A stretch of 64,000 nt of DNA, taken from positions 451,873 through 515,872 of the forward strand of contig JBILLK010000001.1 of assembly GCA_044376115.1 (NCBI GenBank), written 5' to 3'. The stretch comes from Polyangiaceae bacterium (lineage in GTDB: Bacteria; Myxococcota_A; Polyangia; Polyangiales; Polyangiaceae). Shown here piece after piece: positions 46,674 to 56,806 of the stretch. The notes below the pieces were generated by a model that saw only the letters and a program-made list of their open reading frames with translations, was not told the DNA's origin and searched no databases. The position numbers and the translations under genes are program-made. How positions within the stretch are numbered: position 1 is the stretch's first letter; each line of letters begins with the position of its first letter.

Positions 46674-47510
46674 AGCGCGGCCTTTGGATTTTACTACGTT
46701 CACGACCTGACCTTCACGAGCGACGAAGGAATTGGCGAAGAGGCCGCGCGCCTCTACCTCGACCGCGCGCATGAAGGTGTCATCATGGTCAGGCTCGTGA
46801 TGGAAGATCGCGAGTCGCTTGACCTTGCCTGCCACGGAGAGCCTCACAGCCTCCTGCCAAGTCGAGTGCCCCCAGCCGATCTTGGTTGAGAACTCTTCAT
46901 CGGTGTAGGTTGAGTCATAGATCAGGAGGTCTGCGCCTTCGATCAAGCCGAGGATGTTTTGGTCAGGCTTACCAATCACGTGCTCGGTATCGGTGACGTA
47001 GCAAACCGCGACGCCCTCCCCTTCAATCCGGTAGGCCGTTGCGTCATTGGGATGGTTGAGAGGGGTGGTGCGCACACGCACGCTGGAGCTGAGATTGAAG
47101 CTGTCGCCGGCCGAGAAGTCCTCAAACTCAAGATGACCGCGCATGATCTCAAGCGGTACTGGGAAGTTTGGTTCGGCCATTTGCCCGGCCAAGACGCTGC
47201 GAATACCGCCCAAGCTTGGCGGTAAATGCCCTGCGAGAATCCGAAAACTACGCTTGGGATCAAAGGCCGGAGCGAAGAACGGGAAGCCCTGAATGTGGTC
47301 CCAGTGGGTGTGGGAAAGAAGGAGGGTGCCTTGACGCTTGTCATCACGCAGCAGCGACGCGCCAAGCGGCCGGATGCCGGTCCCCGCATCAAAGATGAAG
47401 CGCTCATCTCCCACGGCGACTTCGACACAGGAGGTGTTACCCCCGTAGCGAAGATGCGTCTTCGCGGGACAAGCAATACTGCCTCGTACGCCCCAAAAGG
47501 TTACCTGCAT
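46665..47510 (-). CDS. MBL-fold metallo-hydrolase (RNase Z/phosphodiesterase-like)
   Basis: WGVRGS, YGGNTSC, DAGTG, SHTHWDHIQG, TDTEH, GWGHS, FHHEP. Confidence 0.9.
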   Translation of the reverse strand: MQVTFWGVRGSIACPAKTHLRYGGNTSCVEVAVGDERFIFDAGTGIRPLGASLLRDDKRQGTLLLSHTHWDHIQGFPFFAPAFDPKRSFRILAGHLPPSLGGIRSVLAGQMAEPNFPVPLEIMRGHLEFEDFSAGDSFNLSSSVRVRTTPLNHPNDATAYRIEGEGVAVCYVTDTEHVIGKPDQNILGLIEGADLLIYDSTYTDEEFSTKIGWGHSTWQEAVRLSVAGKVKRLAIFHHEPDHDDTFMRAVEVEARGLFANSFVAREGQVVNVVKSKGRASR

Positions 47511-47534
47511 GAGACCCGCGCGAAAGTCTACACC

Positions 47535-48308
47535 CTAGCCTCTTCCGAACAGCGGAAACTCGACGACGCTCCACGTGAAAAGCGCGTGAGAGAAGAGCAC
47601 CGGGGCCAGTTGTTGATCCGAGCGAAAGCGAAGATATGACCAAACGGCTCCGCAGCCAGCAGAGGCAAGCAAGAGCACCGGGTTTAAACCCTGAGCGCCA
47701 CTCAGCGCCCACATCGTGGCCACGTGAGCGGATGCGTAAAGCGCAACGCCGAGGAGGTTGCCCAGCCCAAGCCCTAGTCGCTCCTCGAGTGCGGCCGTTA
47801 CTCCACCGCGCCACGTGAGCTCCTCGAGCGCGCCGATGGCGGCAGCGAACAGCGCAACCCAATGACGGTCCTCCGCAAACGGGTTGCCCAGCCGTAGATA
47901 GAGTTGCAAGACCCACTCGTAGCGCGGCTGACCAGGCGCCGTAACCAGCACGTGGAAAACGTAGGTGCTGCCGTAGAGGAGCAAAGTGACGAGCGCCCCG
48001 AACGTGAGATCTCCTCCGCGCGGGCGCAGATGCGATAGCTCTCCGCGTGCTTTGAGCCGGAGGATCGTGATCGCTCCAAGCACGACGTACAGGCCGAAGA
48101 CCAAGCCAAACGGGCTACGGCCTGCGGTCATCGCCGCGCGGCTCATCACCCAGTACAAGGTGACTGTCGTCAGTAGGGTCACCAGCGCTGGGAAGAACCT
48201 ATCCAGCGGACGTAGCCATGCCGGAAACGGAAGTTCCTCCACCTCGGACACCGGTTCATCGGCTGGAATCACCGAGGCTTCCGGCTCTTCTTCTTCAGAA
48301 GCAGTCAC
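47535..48308 (-). CDS. CPBP (Abi/Rce1) intramembrane glutamic endopeptidase
   Basis: EELTWRG, YASAH and SHALF motifs; multiple TM. Confidence 0.85.
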   Translation of the reverse strand: MTASEEEEPEASVIPADEPVSEVEELPFPAWLRPLDRFFPALVTLLTTVTLYWVMSRAAMTAGRSPFGLVFGLYVVLGAITILRLKARGELSHLRPRGGDLTFGALVTLLLYGSTYVFHVLVTAPGQPRYEWVLQLYLRLGNPFAEDRHWVALFAAAIGALEELTWRGGVTAALEERLGLGLGNLLGVALYASAHVATMWALSGAQGLNPVLLLASAGCGAVWSYLRFRSDQQLAPVLFSHALFTWSVVEFPLFGRG

Positions 48309-49555
48309 ACGTTCTCCAGCAAAAGTTTCTGCACTCTATCGAGGATCGCTTGTGCCAGCTCACTTTTCCTGACGGTTTGTGACGAGTCCACACCAGCGCT
48401 GGAGACCAAGAAGGCTCGGTTGGTATCGCCAGCAAAGGCCTCTGACGCTGGATTTGCGACGACCAGATCAACGCCCTTCTTCGACAGCTTGCGGCGGCCC
48501 TCCTCGATGATGGCCTCATCCGAGCCGGTCTCCACCGCAAACCCGACCAACACAGGCCTCCGTCTGCCTGCTCGTGCCCCACCAACGGTCGCCAAAAGAT
48601 CAGGGTTGGGGAGCAGCTTCACCACGAGCTCGTCGGCCGACCGCTTGAGCTTCTCCGAGGAGGGCCGTTCAAAGCGGTAGTCACCCACCGCGGCGGCCAT
48701 GATCAGAACGTCCGCTCGAGCGAGGTCTTCTCCGAGCGCCGCGGTCATTGCCGCCTGCATCGAAAGAGCGCTTCGAACGTCCACACGCTCAACACCAAGC
48801 GGGGTCGGGAGCGCCACCGGCCCGGCAATCAACGTGACCCTGGCTCCGCGAGTTGCAGCCGCTTGGGCCAATGCAAAGCCCATTTTGCCAGTCGAGCGAT
48901 TGCTGAGAAAGCGCACCGGATCGAGGTCCTCCACTGTAGGGCCGGCCGTCACCACCACATGACGCCCAGCGAGAGCCTGCGAAGTGCTCGCGTTGGGCAC
49001 CGGCGCAAGCTGAGCAAGCAGCGCTTCAACGATGGCCTGCGGCTCGGCCATGCGACCTAGACCGTGATCTCCCGAGGCAACGACGCCCTCCACCGGCCCA
49101 ACGAAGCTAACGCCGCGCGCTCGCAGCGTCTCCACGTTGGCCGCGGTGGCAGCGTGGTGCCACATCGCTGGGTGCATCGCCGGAGCCACCACGACGGGAA
49201 CGCGCGCGGCGAGCACCGTAGCCGTGGCGAGGTCATCCGCGCGCCCGTGAGCCATGCGCGCGAGGAAGTCGGCCGTTGCTGGCACCACGACGATGGCATC
49301 GACGGCCGCAGCGATCTCAATGTGACGCTCACCGCCTTCACCATCGAAGGTCTCATCGAACACCCGCTCGCCCGTAAGCCCGGCGAGGGTCGCTGCGCCG
49401 AGAAACTGCTTTGCGGCGCGCGTCATGATGGGCACGACCTCCACTTTGGCTGCAAGCAGGCCGCGCGCGACGATGGGCGCCTTATAGGCAGCGATGCTCC
49501 CAGTAACGATCATCGCGATGGCTTTGGCGGACGAACGTGCGGCTGACTCCGTCAT
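48305..49555 (-). CDS. coaBC: Bifunctional phosphopantothenoylcysteine decarboxylase / phosphopantothenate-cysteine ligase
   Basis: TGSIAAYK, PATAD, APAMH, G.GRM, TAGPT.E.LDPVRFLSNRSTGKMG, AAVGDY, VGFAVET. Confidence 0.95.
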   Translation of the reverse strand: MTESAARSSAKAIAMIVTGSIAAYKAPIVARGLLAAKVEVVPIMTRAAKQFLGAATLAGLTGERVFDETFDGEGGERHIEIAAAVDAIVVVPATADFLARMAHGRADDLATATVLAARVPVVVAPAMHPAMWHHAATAANVETLRARGVSFVGPVEGVVASGDHGLGRMAEPQAIVEALLAQLAPVPNASTSQALAGRHVVVTAGPTVEDLDPVRFLSNRSTGKMGFALAQAAATRGARVTLIAGPVALPTPLGVERVDVRSALSMQAAMTAALGEDLARADVLIMAAAVGDYRFERPSSEKLKRSADELVVKLLPNPDLLATVGGARAGRRRPVLVGFAVETGSDEAIIEEGRRKLSKKGVDLVVANPASEAFAGDTNRAFLVSSAGVDSSQTVRKSELAQAILDRVQKLLLENV

Positions 49556-51291
49556 GGTGACTTGGCCTTTGGTTCTTTCTTCTTCGACTTCGACTTGTCT
49601 TTGCCTTTGTCCGTCTTGTCCTTGGAAGACTTTCCTTTTGAGTCCTCCGCCGACTTGGCGTCCTTCGAGGCAGGCTTCTTGGCACTCTTGTCGTCCTTCT
49701 TGTCGTCCTTCTCGCCAGCCTTTTCCTCGTCTTCAGGCTCATCTTCGAGCGGCGTCTTCTCGAAGCCGAGCTTCTTTATCCAACCGCGCTCACCGGTGCG
49801 ACCATCCACCGCATTCCAAACCATGCCGCTCGCTGGGTCTTTGGGTTGGGTTGGGGGACCTTGGGTTATTACCAAGTACTCGTCCACGGTGTACTCTGCG
49901 TGCGAGTCCTTCTTCAAGCCGGGCTTGCGATCTTCGGGACCAGTTCCGACCGCGACAATCTGCGTAGTGGGCGGGTATTTCTCGCGCCATTTGGTGCGCT
50001 CGCCATACGCGCCATTGCGGACGAGCCGCGAGGAAGTCGCAACAAAGCCGGGTATCCCGCGCTGCGTGACCACCCGCTCGCCTTTGGGGAGCTTCTCCGA
50101 ATCACGCTCCACCTCCTCGAACGGGAGGATCTCATCGATGCGACGGAAGTAACTCACCGTCTGTTTGCGCGCTGGCCCGAGGATCTCCGCTCGGACAACC
50201 CCACCGGCGACGCGCTCGTGAAGTACCACCGGGAAATCGAAGTTGTTTCGGAACCTGTAGGTGATGTTCGGATAGGAGACGGTCGCGTCGAGCCCCAGCG
50301 TTAGATAGGAGCTCGGCCGCGAGTGCGGGTACCGCTCGACGATCTCGAGGCCCGCAAAGAACACGGCGGCGTGCAGTGTGCCGGAGATTTGGCAGGTGCC
50401 ACCGCCGAGACCGTCCACGAGTTCCCCTTGCGCAATCACCGTCGCGACGCGGTAACCATTGGCCTCGTCACGCGGGCCAACGACCTTGTTGAAGTCGAAG
50501 GTCTCGCCCGGCATCAGCACCAGACCGTCGAGCTTGCTGGCAGCCAATCGAAGATTGTAGGTGCGCTCCTTGGCTGGCCCAACGGAGCTGTAGCGCGTCT
50601 CAAAGAACCCAAGCACCTCGTCGAACTTGACCGCCTCGAGCTCTTTGGCGCGCCGCTTCGGAATCAGCTCCTGAACGTCGGCGTCGACGGTGGTTTGACC
50701 CTTGCGAAATGCCGATTCCAAGCGGGCGAGCGTGCCGTACACATCGAGCTGATAGCCGACCTTCTCGGGCTTGATGGTGCGCGTATCGAGGTTGATGACT
50801 GCGTCTTGAGCCGGGCTATCAATCTGACCCTTGAGATCGAGCAACTTACCGAGGGCCCGTTCGCCCGAGAGGATGAGCGGCAGCGGCACCTCGACGGCCT
50901 CACTGCTTCCACGAGCGCGCTGGGCGTTCGCCAACGGTCCGCTCTCGAGGCTCGCCTCTTTGACGAACTCAGCGAGCCGCATGCGGTCGATCTCGAGTCC
51001 AAGGTCGGCGCGGGTGATTGGTACGAGCTTACCGTCGGGTAGGCGTAACTTCACCTCGCCCGCTGCGTACTTGCGCACCAAATCCAGCGCCTTGCCGATG
51101 CGGTCTTCACCCTCTGGCAAAACGTGCCCGGCGATTTTCAGCGCGGGTAGCGGGAGCGCTGGTTTGGCCTCGGGCGCCTTTACGGGTTCATCCTTGGGCC
51201 TCAGCAGGTATGCGCTCGCCGAACCACCGACGGCGAGAACGCCGACGATCGCAGCGAGGCGCAGAGCACCAAAGGAGCGCAACCAGGACAC
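49552..51291 (-). CDS. VanW-family protein with PG-binding-like region, G5-like domain and Lys/Asp-rich tail
   Basis: R..N..LAA, PGETFDFN.VVG, GGG.CQ.S.TL, ER.PHS, GLDATV; N-terminal TM; start set at GTG51291. Confidence 0.85.
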   Translation of the reverse strand: MSWLRSFGALRLAAIVGVLAVGGSASAYLLRPKDEPVKAPEAKPALPLPALKIAGHVLPEGEDRIGKALDLVRKYAAGEVKLRLPDGKLVPITRADLGLEIDRMRLAEFVKEASLESGPLANAQRARGSSEAVEVPLPLILSGERALGKLLDLKGQIDSPAQDAVINLDTRTIKPEKVGYQLDVYGTLARLESAFRKGQTTVDADVQELIPKRRAKELEAVKFDEVLGFFETRYSSVGPAKERTYNLRLAASKLDGLVLMPGETFDFNKVVGPRDEANGYRVATVIAQGELVDGLGGGTCQISGTLHAAVFFAGLEIVERYPHSRPSSYLTLGLDATVSYPNITYRFRNNFDFPVVLHERVAGGVVRAEILGPARKQTVSYFRRIDEILPFEEVERDSEKLPKGERVVTQRGIPGFVATSSRLVRNGAYGERTKWREKYPPTTQIVAVGTGPEDRKPGLKKDSHAEYTVDEYLVITQGPPTQPKDPASGMVWNAVDGRTGERGWIKKLGFEKTPLEDEPEDEEKAGEKDDKKDDKSAKKPASKDAKSAEDSKGKSSKDKTDKGKDKSKSKKKEPKAKSP

Positions 51292-51334
51292 GTCGGCATC
51301 TTGGTTTCTGCGGCTCCGGCTGGCAAGTCCGAGG

Positions 51335-53239
51335 TCATTCTGGTGTGTTTGGAGCCTCGGCCCAGCTGCGGACCTTGCGCGCTTGCGCAGGCGATATTCC
51401 AGGGATTGCGACGAGCTGCTCGAGGCTTGCCGCGCGCACGGCCTCAACCGAACCAAGTGCGATCAAGAGCCGCTTGCGCGCCTCTTTACCAACGCCGGCA
51501 ATCGTGTCGAGCTCGCTTGTGAAGCGTCGCTTCTTGCCGAGTTTGGTGCGCAGATGATTGGCGAAGCGATGAGCCTCGTCACGTGCGCGTGCGAGGAAGA
51601 ACAGCGCCGAGCTCTCACCGCGCAGAGGAATGCCGTTTTTTTGTCCCGGGCAATACACGCGGTCGACGAGCTTTTCTCCGGTCGCCGATTCGCGTTCTTT
51701 CGCCAGGCCCACGATCGCAAGATCGTGAAGACCGAGATCGCGCGCTGCGGCCAGAGCGACGTTCAACTGCCCGCGACCGCCATCCACCACGAACAGATCC
51801 GGCAGGTCCCAGTCCCCAGCGCCGGCGGGCTCTTCCCCCGCCTCTTTGGCGTCGATCGCTTCTCGACCGCGCCGAAATCTACGCCCAAGCACCTCGACCA
51901 TTGCGCCGTAGTCGTCATTGGTCACCGACCGCACGTGGAAAGAGCGATAGCGCTTCTTGTCCGGTTGCCCATCCAATAGCGAGACCACGGCGCCCACCGT
52001 ATCGCTGCCACCGATATGCGAGATGTCGCAGCACTCGATGCGGCGCGGCAGGGTCGAGAGGCGCAGCTTGTCACGCAACTCCAAGAGGCGCGCCTCCACG
52101 TCCTCTTGTGCTCGGCGTTTCGACTTGAAGCTCTGCCGTGCGTTGTCTTCGGCCATGTCGAGCAGCTTCTTTCGCTGACCACGCTTGGGCACGACGATAG
52201 CCACTTTGCGCCCGCGTCGCTCACTGAGCAGCTCCTCGATGCCGGCCACACCGTCCGGCAACGCCGGCAGAATGATCTCCTCGGGGATGGGGCCACGTTC
52301 TCCCTCCGCCGCGTAGAACTCACTCAGAAAGTTTGCCAGGACCTCTTCATCCGGGAGTTCGATACGGGTTAGTGAGTAGGCAACATTGTCGCTTACGCGG
52401 CCCGCTCGCACGAACAAAAGCTCGATCTCGACGTTGGCTCCTTCACGATAGATGCCAATGACGTCTTGATCGACGTCGCTCAGCGAGACCACGCTCTGCG
52501 CCTCCCGGATCGATTCGACCGCGCGCAGCTGGTCTCGATAAATCGCTGCTCGTTCGAACTCGGTTTGCTCCGAGGCCTCATGCATCCAAGCGCCGAGCGA
52601 ACGGGTTAGCTCGTCATGTCGCCCTTCGAGAAACATGGCTACAGCTTTGACCTGGGCCATGTAGGCCGGTTCATCTACTTGGTATACGCATGGCGCATCA
52701 CATCGCTTGATTTGATATTGAAGACACGGCCGCTTACGCGAGGCAAAGTCAGCGTCGGAGCAGGTGCGCAGGTGGAAATGTTTGTTGACGAGGTGGAGCG
52801 TACGCCGCGCGCTGGTGGCTGAGTGATAGGGGCCAAAGTAGCGAGCGCCGTCGGGGGATGGGCGCCGTACCGTCTCGAGGCGAGCCCAGGGTTTGGTGGT
52901 CTCCAAACGCAAACACAGGAAGTCCTTGTCGTCGCGGAGTTTGACGTTGAACTTCGGTTGGTGCTGCTTGATCAGCTCGTTCTCGAGGACGGCCGCTTCC
53001 TTTTCGGAGCGAGTGACCACCGTTCGAAGGTCCGCTACCAAGCTGCGCAATAGCGGAATGAAGTAGCGAGAGTCACTGCCGCTCGCTTGGAAGTAGCTAC
53101 GCACACGTGAGCGTAGGTTCTTCGCCTTGCCGACGTAGAGGACCTCCAGCTGCGCACCGATAAACAGGTAGCAACCGGGCTCGTTCGGCAAGGCGTCGAG
53201 CTGCGGCTCGACGAGCAGCGCCTGTTCCACGCCCGTCAA
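51335..53239 (-). CDS. uvrC: Excinuclease ABC subunit C
   Basis: GIY-YIG PGCY...YVGKAKNL, N..LRDDK, RIECCDISH, DGGRGQ, RDEAHRFA, HhH. Confidence 0.97.
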   Translation of the reverse strand: MTGVEQALLVEPQLDALPNEPGCYLFIGAQLEVLYVGKAKNLRSRVRSYFQASGSDSRYFIPLLRSLVADLRTVVTRSEKEAAVLENELIKQHQPKFNVKLRDDKDFLCLRLETTKPWARLETVRRPSPDGARYFGPYHSATSARRTLHLVNKHFHLRTCSDADFASRKRPCLQYQIKRCDAPCVYQVDEPAYMAQVKAVAMFLEGRHDELTRSLGAWMHEASEQTEFERAAIYRDQLRAVESIREAQSVVSLSDVDQDVIGIYREGANVEIELLFVRAGRVSDNVAYSLTRIELPDEEVLANFLSEFYAAEGERGPIPEEIILPALPDGVAGIEELLSERRGRKVAIVVPKRGQRKKLLDMAEDNARQSFKSKRRAQEDVEARLLELRDKLRLSTLPRRIECCDISHIGGSDTVGAVVSLLDGQPDKKRYRSFHVRSVTNDDYGAMVEVLGRRFRRGREAIDAKEAGEEPAGAGDWDLPDLFVVDGGRGQLNVALAAARDLGLHDLAIVGLAKERESATGEKLVDRVYCPGQKNGIPLRGESSALFFLARARDEAHRFANHLRTKLGKKRRFTSELDTIAGVGKEARKRLLIALGSVEAVRAASLEQLVAIPGISPAQARKVRSWAEAPNTPE

Positions 53240-53967
53240 AGCGCCCCGACGAAGGTGAGGCCAGGAATCGGTCCCTCCGTCGTCGTAGCGAACGGGAGGA
53301 ACGCGCTTGCGGATTGCGCTTTTTCAAAGGCGATACCGCGCAGGATGAGGCTCGTCGTTCCGTGCAAGGTCAGCAGACCCGACCAACTCGCGAGTCCAAT
53401 CCACTCGGCTCGTCCCTCCGGATCCGTGACGGCCTTTATCGTAGTAAGCAAGAACTCGGGTGCCATCAGCGCGGTCTGCGGGATAGACATGTAATCTGGT
53501 AGTGGTCGGCCGTCGGCCATGGTTGCGATTGCCACGCCGGAGAAATAGGTGTTCATGGCGAGCACCGAGGAGAGCCCAAAGCGTGCCTTTACGTCGATGG
53601 ACGTGCCAGAGCCGATCAGACTCCACGCGCCAAATGTGGATAGTGTGCCGAGCAGCGTCGCAAGCGGAAAGATCCCGAGCTCCGGCCCCTCTTCCTCGGT
53701 GAAGGCGGCAACGCCAGCTCCAAGACCATTCAATACGAGGGCTTGCAGCCCAACCACCGAGGTCTGCGCGATCATCCAGCCGGTATCCGGCTCTTCATTG
53801 GCATCAACGGTGATCGCCGAATAGACGGTGAAGACCACATCGGACACGACCAAGCTGGTAACGACAGTCGCTCCGAGAATGGCCTCCCCGTCATCGGCTT
53901 GCGCCGTCGCAGCAGGGGCGCTGGCAGCACAAACCAACAGTGGGCCGAGAAGGCGTTTTCGCAACAT
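53236..53967 (-). CDS. Hypothetical exported/membrane protein
   Basis: Signal peptide (ATAQA), several hydrophobic segments, C-terminal beta-strand; overlaps the uvrC start. Confidence 0.65.
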   Translation of the reverse strand: MLRKRLLGPLLVCAASAPAATAQADDGEAILGATVVTSLVVSDVVFTVYSAITVDANEEPDTGWMIAQTSVVGLQALVLNGLGAGVAAFTEEEGPELGIFPLATLLGTLSTFGAWSLIGSGTSIDVKARFGLSSVLAMNTYFSGVAIATMADGRPLPDYMSIPQTALMAPEFLLTTIKAVTDPEGRAEWIGLASWSGLLTLHGTTSLILRGIAFEKAQSASAFLPFATTTEGPIPGLTFVGAL

Positions 53968-53980
53968 CGCAGCGGTGAGT

Positions 53981-54691
53981 CTAACGCCGACCTTCCACGA
54001 GGCGAAGGTACATCGAAGCGATCCTGTCGGCTGGGTTGTGCCGAAGGGCTTCTTTGAATGAGCTCGACGCACCCTCCAGGTTGCCTGCCGTGTAGAAGGT
54101 CACACCGAGCTGAACATGCGCGGGTGCGTAGCTTGGCTTGACTGCCAGCGCCGCACGAAAGGCCGCCTCGGCCGCAGCGACGTCCCCGTGGTCACGGTAG
54201 AGACCGCCGAGCTTGACGTGAAGATCGCTGAAGGTCGGCCGCAGCGCGACAGCCTTCTCGAGTTCACTGATGGCTTCCTTGATGTAGCCAGCCTGCGCGT
54301 AAGCCTGCGCAAGATCCGCATGCATGTTGGCGATCTTTCCCAGCGCATACGGGTCCCTTGCTGTGCCGTCCTTGTTGCCGGAGGCGCTCGTTCGGACCTC
54401 CTCGTAGACGATCTTCGCGGCGTCGTAGTCGCCCAGATCGTTGCACGTCACGACGAGGTTGAGCAGCGCTTCGGTGTAGTTCGGATTGAGACGTACGGCG
54501 TCCTCGAAGGCGGACCGCGCGAGCTCGAATTCCCCGCGTTCGTGGCGCGTGATGCCAAGCAAGTTTTGCACATCCGCCAAGCCCGGTTCCTTCTCCAGAA
54601 CCTGCAACAAGAGCGGTTCAGCGTGGTCGAACTCGCGACGATCGAAGTGCTCCTTTGCCAGAAGCAGCTTGTGCTTCAACCTTTCGTCCAT
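53981..54691 (-). CDS. Tetratricopeptide-repeat protein
   Basis: Canonical TPRs (ADVQNLLG, LNPNYTEA, KPSYAPAHVQLG). Confidence 0.9.
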   Translation of the reverse strand: MDERLKHKLLLAKEHFDRREFDHAEPLLLQVLEKEPGLADVQNLLGITRHERGEFELARSAFEDAVRLNPNYTEALLNLVVTCNDLGDYDAAKIVYEEVRTSASGNKDGTARDPYALGKIANMHADLAQAYAQAGYIKEAISELEKAVALRPTFSDLHVKLGGLYRDHGDVAAAEAAFRAALAVKPSYAPAHVQLGVTFYTAGNLEGASSSFKEALRHNPADRIASMYLRLVEGRR

Positions 54692-54782
54692 CGCGGCAGT
54701 GAAGCATGGCTCCCGCTGGTTGGGCTAAGAACGTAGGCTTTGTTCAGTTGCTCCACCCCCATCCCGCTGGTAGACCGAGCCC

Positions 54783-56789
54783 GTGGCAGAGGACGTTGAA
54801 TCCCCCGACGGCCCGGTGTCCACGCGCGCAAAGCTTCCAAGTGAACCTGGCGCGGGTGGTTCGCCCAGCCAACCTTCCCCCGCTGGAGAAGGCGGTGAAA
54901 GCCCGGGAAGCCTCAAACCGCACTCGCTGCGAAGACTCAACGCGATCGCCCGCGGTGACCTCCCGACCATGAGCGCACGTCGTCGGGTGCTCGAATCGCG
55001 CATGCCCGATCCTGATGAACCGCTGGTCGCAACGCCGGTCTCGAACAGTAGGGTGAGTTCACGTCCGAGCGTGCGCGGCCCAGGTCCTTCAATTCCTTCG
55101 CCTAGTGAGCGGGATCCGGCGAAGAACGTCCAGGCACTCAACATCGGGTTTGCCACGCCGCGCATGCCGCCTGCCTCTTCGACTTCGCGTTGGGTGGGTC
55201 GCTCCCCCGACGCGGAGGCTAACCGTGGCCCCGCTTCTTCGTTGGCCCTAACCCCGCGCATGACTGCGCTGTTCGGCGGTCTATTTGGGCTAGCTACGGT
55301 AACGACGATCATCGCGCTACTGATTCAGGGGTCGCCACCGAGAGACGTTCGGTCGATGGCGAGCGCCGTCGCATCGAGTAGCTCTGGCGCTCCGAGTGGC
55401 TCGTCAGACGCTGCAGGCGATAAGAGCGCTGCTCCGGTCTCAAAGAAGCGCATTCGCGTCAAACAGCCGGGCCCCCCGCGCGTCGCCGACCTAGCCAAAG
55501 ACCCTGCGGTTCGCTTGGTGGAAGACACCATGGGGCCACGTTCCTTCATCGCCGCGTTGGGAGAGAAGGGCGTTCCAAAGGATCAGGTTTACCGGCTGCT
55601 CAAAGCCTTTGATGGGGTCCGCAAGTTCGACAAGACCGGCAAGAAGGACCGCTTTGTCGTCGCGATCGATCGTTCGACCAATCAAGTGCGCGGCTTTGAG
55701 TTCGTGGTGTCGCCTTTGGAGATCTACCAGGCACTCGATCAAAACGGCATGCTGTCGGCACAGAAGCTCGACCTGAAGGTGAACGAGGAGGAAGTCTCCG
55801 GGTCCTTCTACGTCTCCAAGAATCTCAAGCGTTCGGTGGAATGGGCCGGACTCGAACCCGACATCTTGCGCGTGATCGACGAAGCGCTGATCGGCAAGCT
55901 GTCCCACGAGAGCTTTGATGAAGGTGGCGTCGTGCGCGTGATCGCGACGGAGGTTACGACGCTCGGTGAGTTTGTTCGCTACAAGAACGTCGTCGCCGTT
56001 GAATACCAACCGCCGGATCCCGCTGCAGCGCCGATACGCGGTTATTCGTATCAGGGCGCCTCCGCCAAAGGTTATTTCGACGAGAAGGGTCGGCAACCGG
56101 ATGGTAGTGGGTGGGCCTCACCGGTGCCGGGCGCTCCCGTCACCAGTAAGTTCAATCCGAAGCGGCTTCACCCAGTGCTGAAGAAAGTCATGCCACACAA
56201 CGGCACGGACTACGGCGCCTCGACGGGAACTCCCGTTTACGCTGTGTTTAGCGGCAAGCTCTCCTTCGTTGGCAATGCCGGGCCGTGCGGCAACATGGTT
56301 GCGATCCAGCACCCGAACGGGATTGAGAGTGGCTATTGCCACCTAAGTAAGATTACGCCCGGGCTCAAGGTGGGCCAGCCTGTAAAGTCCCGGGCTCCGA
56401 TCGGCCAGGTTGGAACCACTGGCCGTTCAACCGGCCCCCATCTGCATTTTTGGACCAAGCGTGACTCCAAGTACTTCGACTCGGAGACGCTGAAGATCGA
56501 CGGCTTCCGCGTATTGCCTGCAGACGAGCGACCCGCGTTTTCGCTGCGCAAGACCGAGCTCGAGGCGCGGCTCGCTGCCCTTCCGCTGCCGGAGCCTCCG
56601 CCCGCAGAGGCGGCGGCCAAACCGCCGGCCGCTTCAGCCGAGAGCGGTGACCCAGCGCTTGAAGAAGAGACGGAGGGTGCGCCTCAAGCTGGCGCAGCAG
56701 GTTCGGCCAAGCCGTCGGCGAAGCCCACAGCCGTCGCGGTGGATCCAGGCGACGGTGAAGACCTCGTCGGCGCCGACCTCAAGCGCTGA
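54783..56789 (+). CDS. M23-family metallopeptidase (peptidoglycan DD-endopeptidase, MepM-like)
   Basis: Pro/Ser-rich N-terminus, TM, R.HPV, HNGTD, YCHL, GTTGRSTGPHLH. Confidence 0.9.
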   Translation: MAEDVESPDGPVSTRAKLPSEPGAGGSPSQPSPAGEGGESPGSLKPHSLRRLNAIARGDLPTMSARRRVLESRMPDPDEPLVATPVSNSRVSSRPSVRGPGPSIPSPSERDPAKNVQALNIGFATPRMPPASSTSRWVGRSPDAEANRGPASSLALTPRMTALFGGLFGLATVTTIIALLIQGSPPRDVRSMASAVASSSSGAPSGSSDAAGDKSAAPVSKKRIRVKQPGPPRVADLAKDPAVRLVEDTMGPRSFIAALGEKGVPKDQVYRLLKAFDGVRKFDKTGKKDRFVVAIDRSTNQVRGFEFVVSPLEIYQALDQNGMLSAQKLDLKVNEEEVSGSFYVSKNLKRSVEWAGLEPDILRVIDEALIGKLSHESFDEGGVVRVIATEVTTLGEFVRYKNVVAVEYQPPDPAAAPIRGYSYQGASAKGYFDEKGRQPDGSGWASPVPGAPVTSKFNPKRLHPVLKKVMPHNGTDYGASTGTPVYAVFSGKLSFVGNAGPCGNMVAIQHPNGIESGYCHLSKITPGLKVGQPVKSRAPIGQVGTTGRSTGPHLHFWTKRDSKYFDSETLKIDGFRVLPADERPAFSLRKTELEARLAALPLPEPPPAEAAAKPPAASAESGDPALEEETEGAPQAGAAGSAKPSAKPTAVAVDPGDGEDLVGADLKR

Positions 56790-56806
56790 GCAGCGCTGAG
56801 CGTCTT

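Noticed and set aside
49552..51291. Vancomycin resistance locus
   Set aside because: A VanW domain alone is widespread; no vanHAX or vanRS genes are present.
50831..51979. 382-aa + strand ORF
   Set aside because: Antisense to uvrC and vanW; a typical shadow ORF of GC-rich coding DNA with no motifs.
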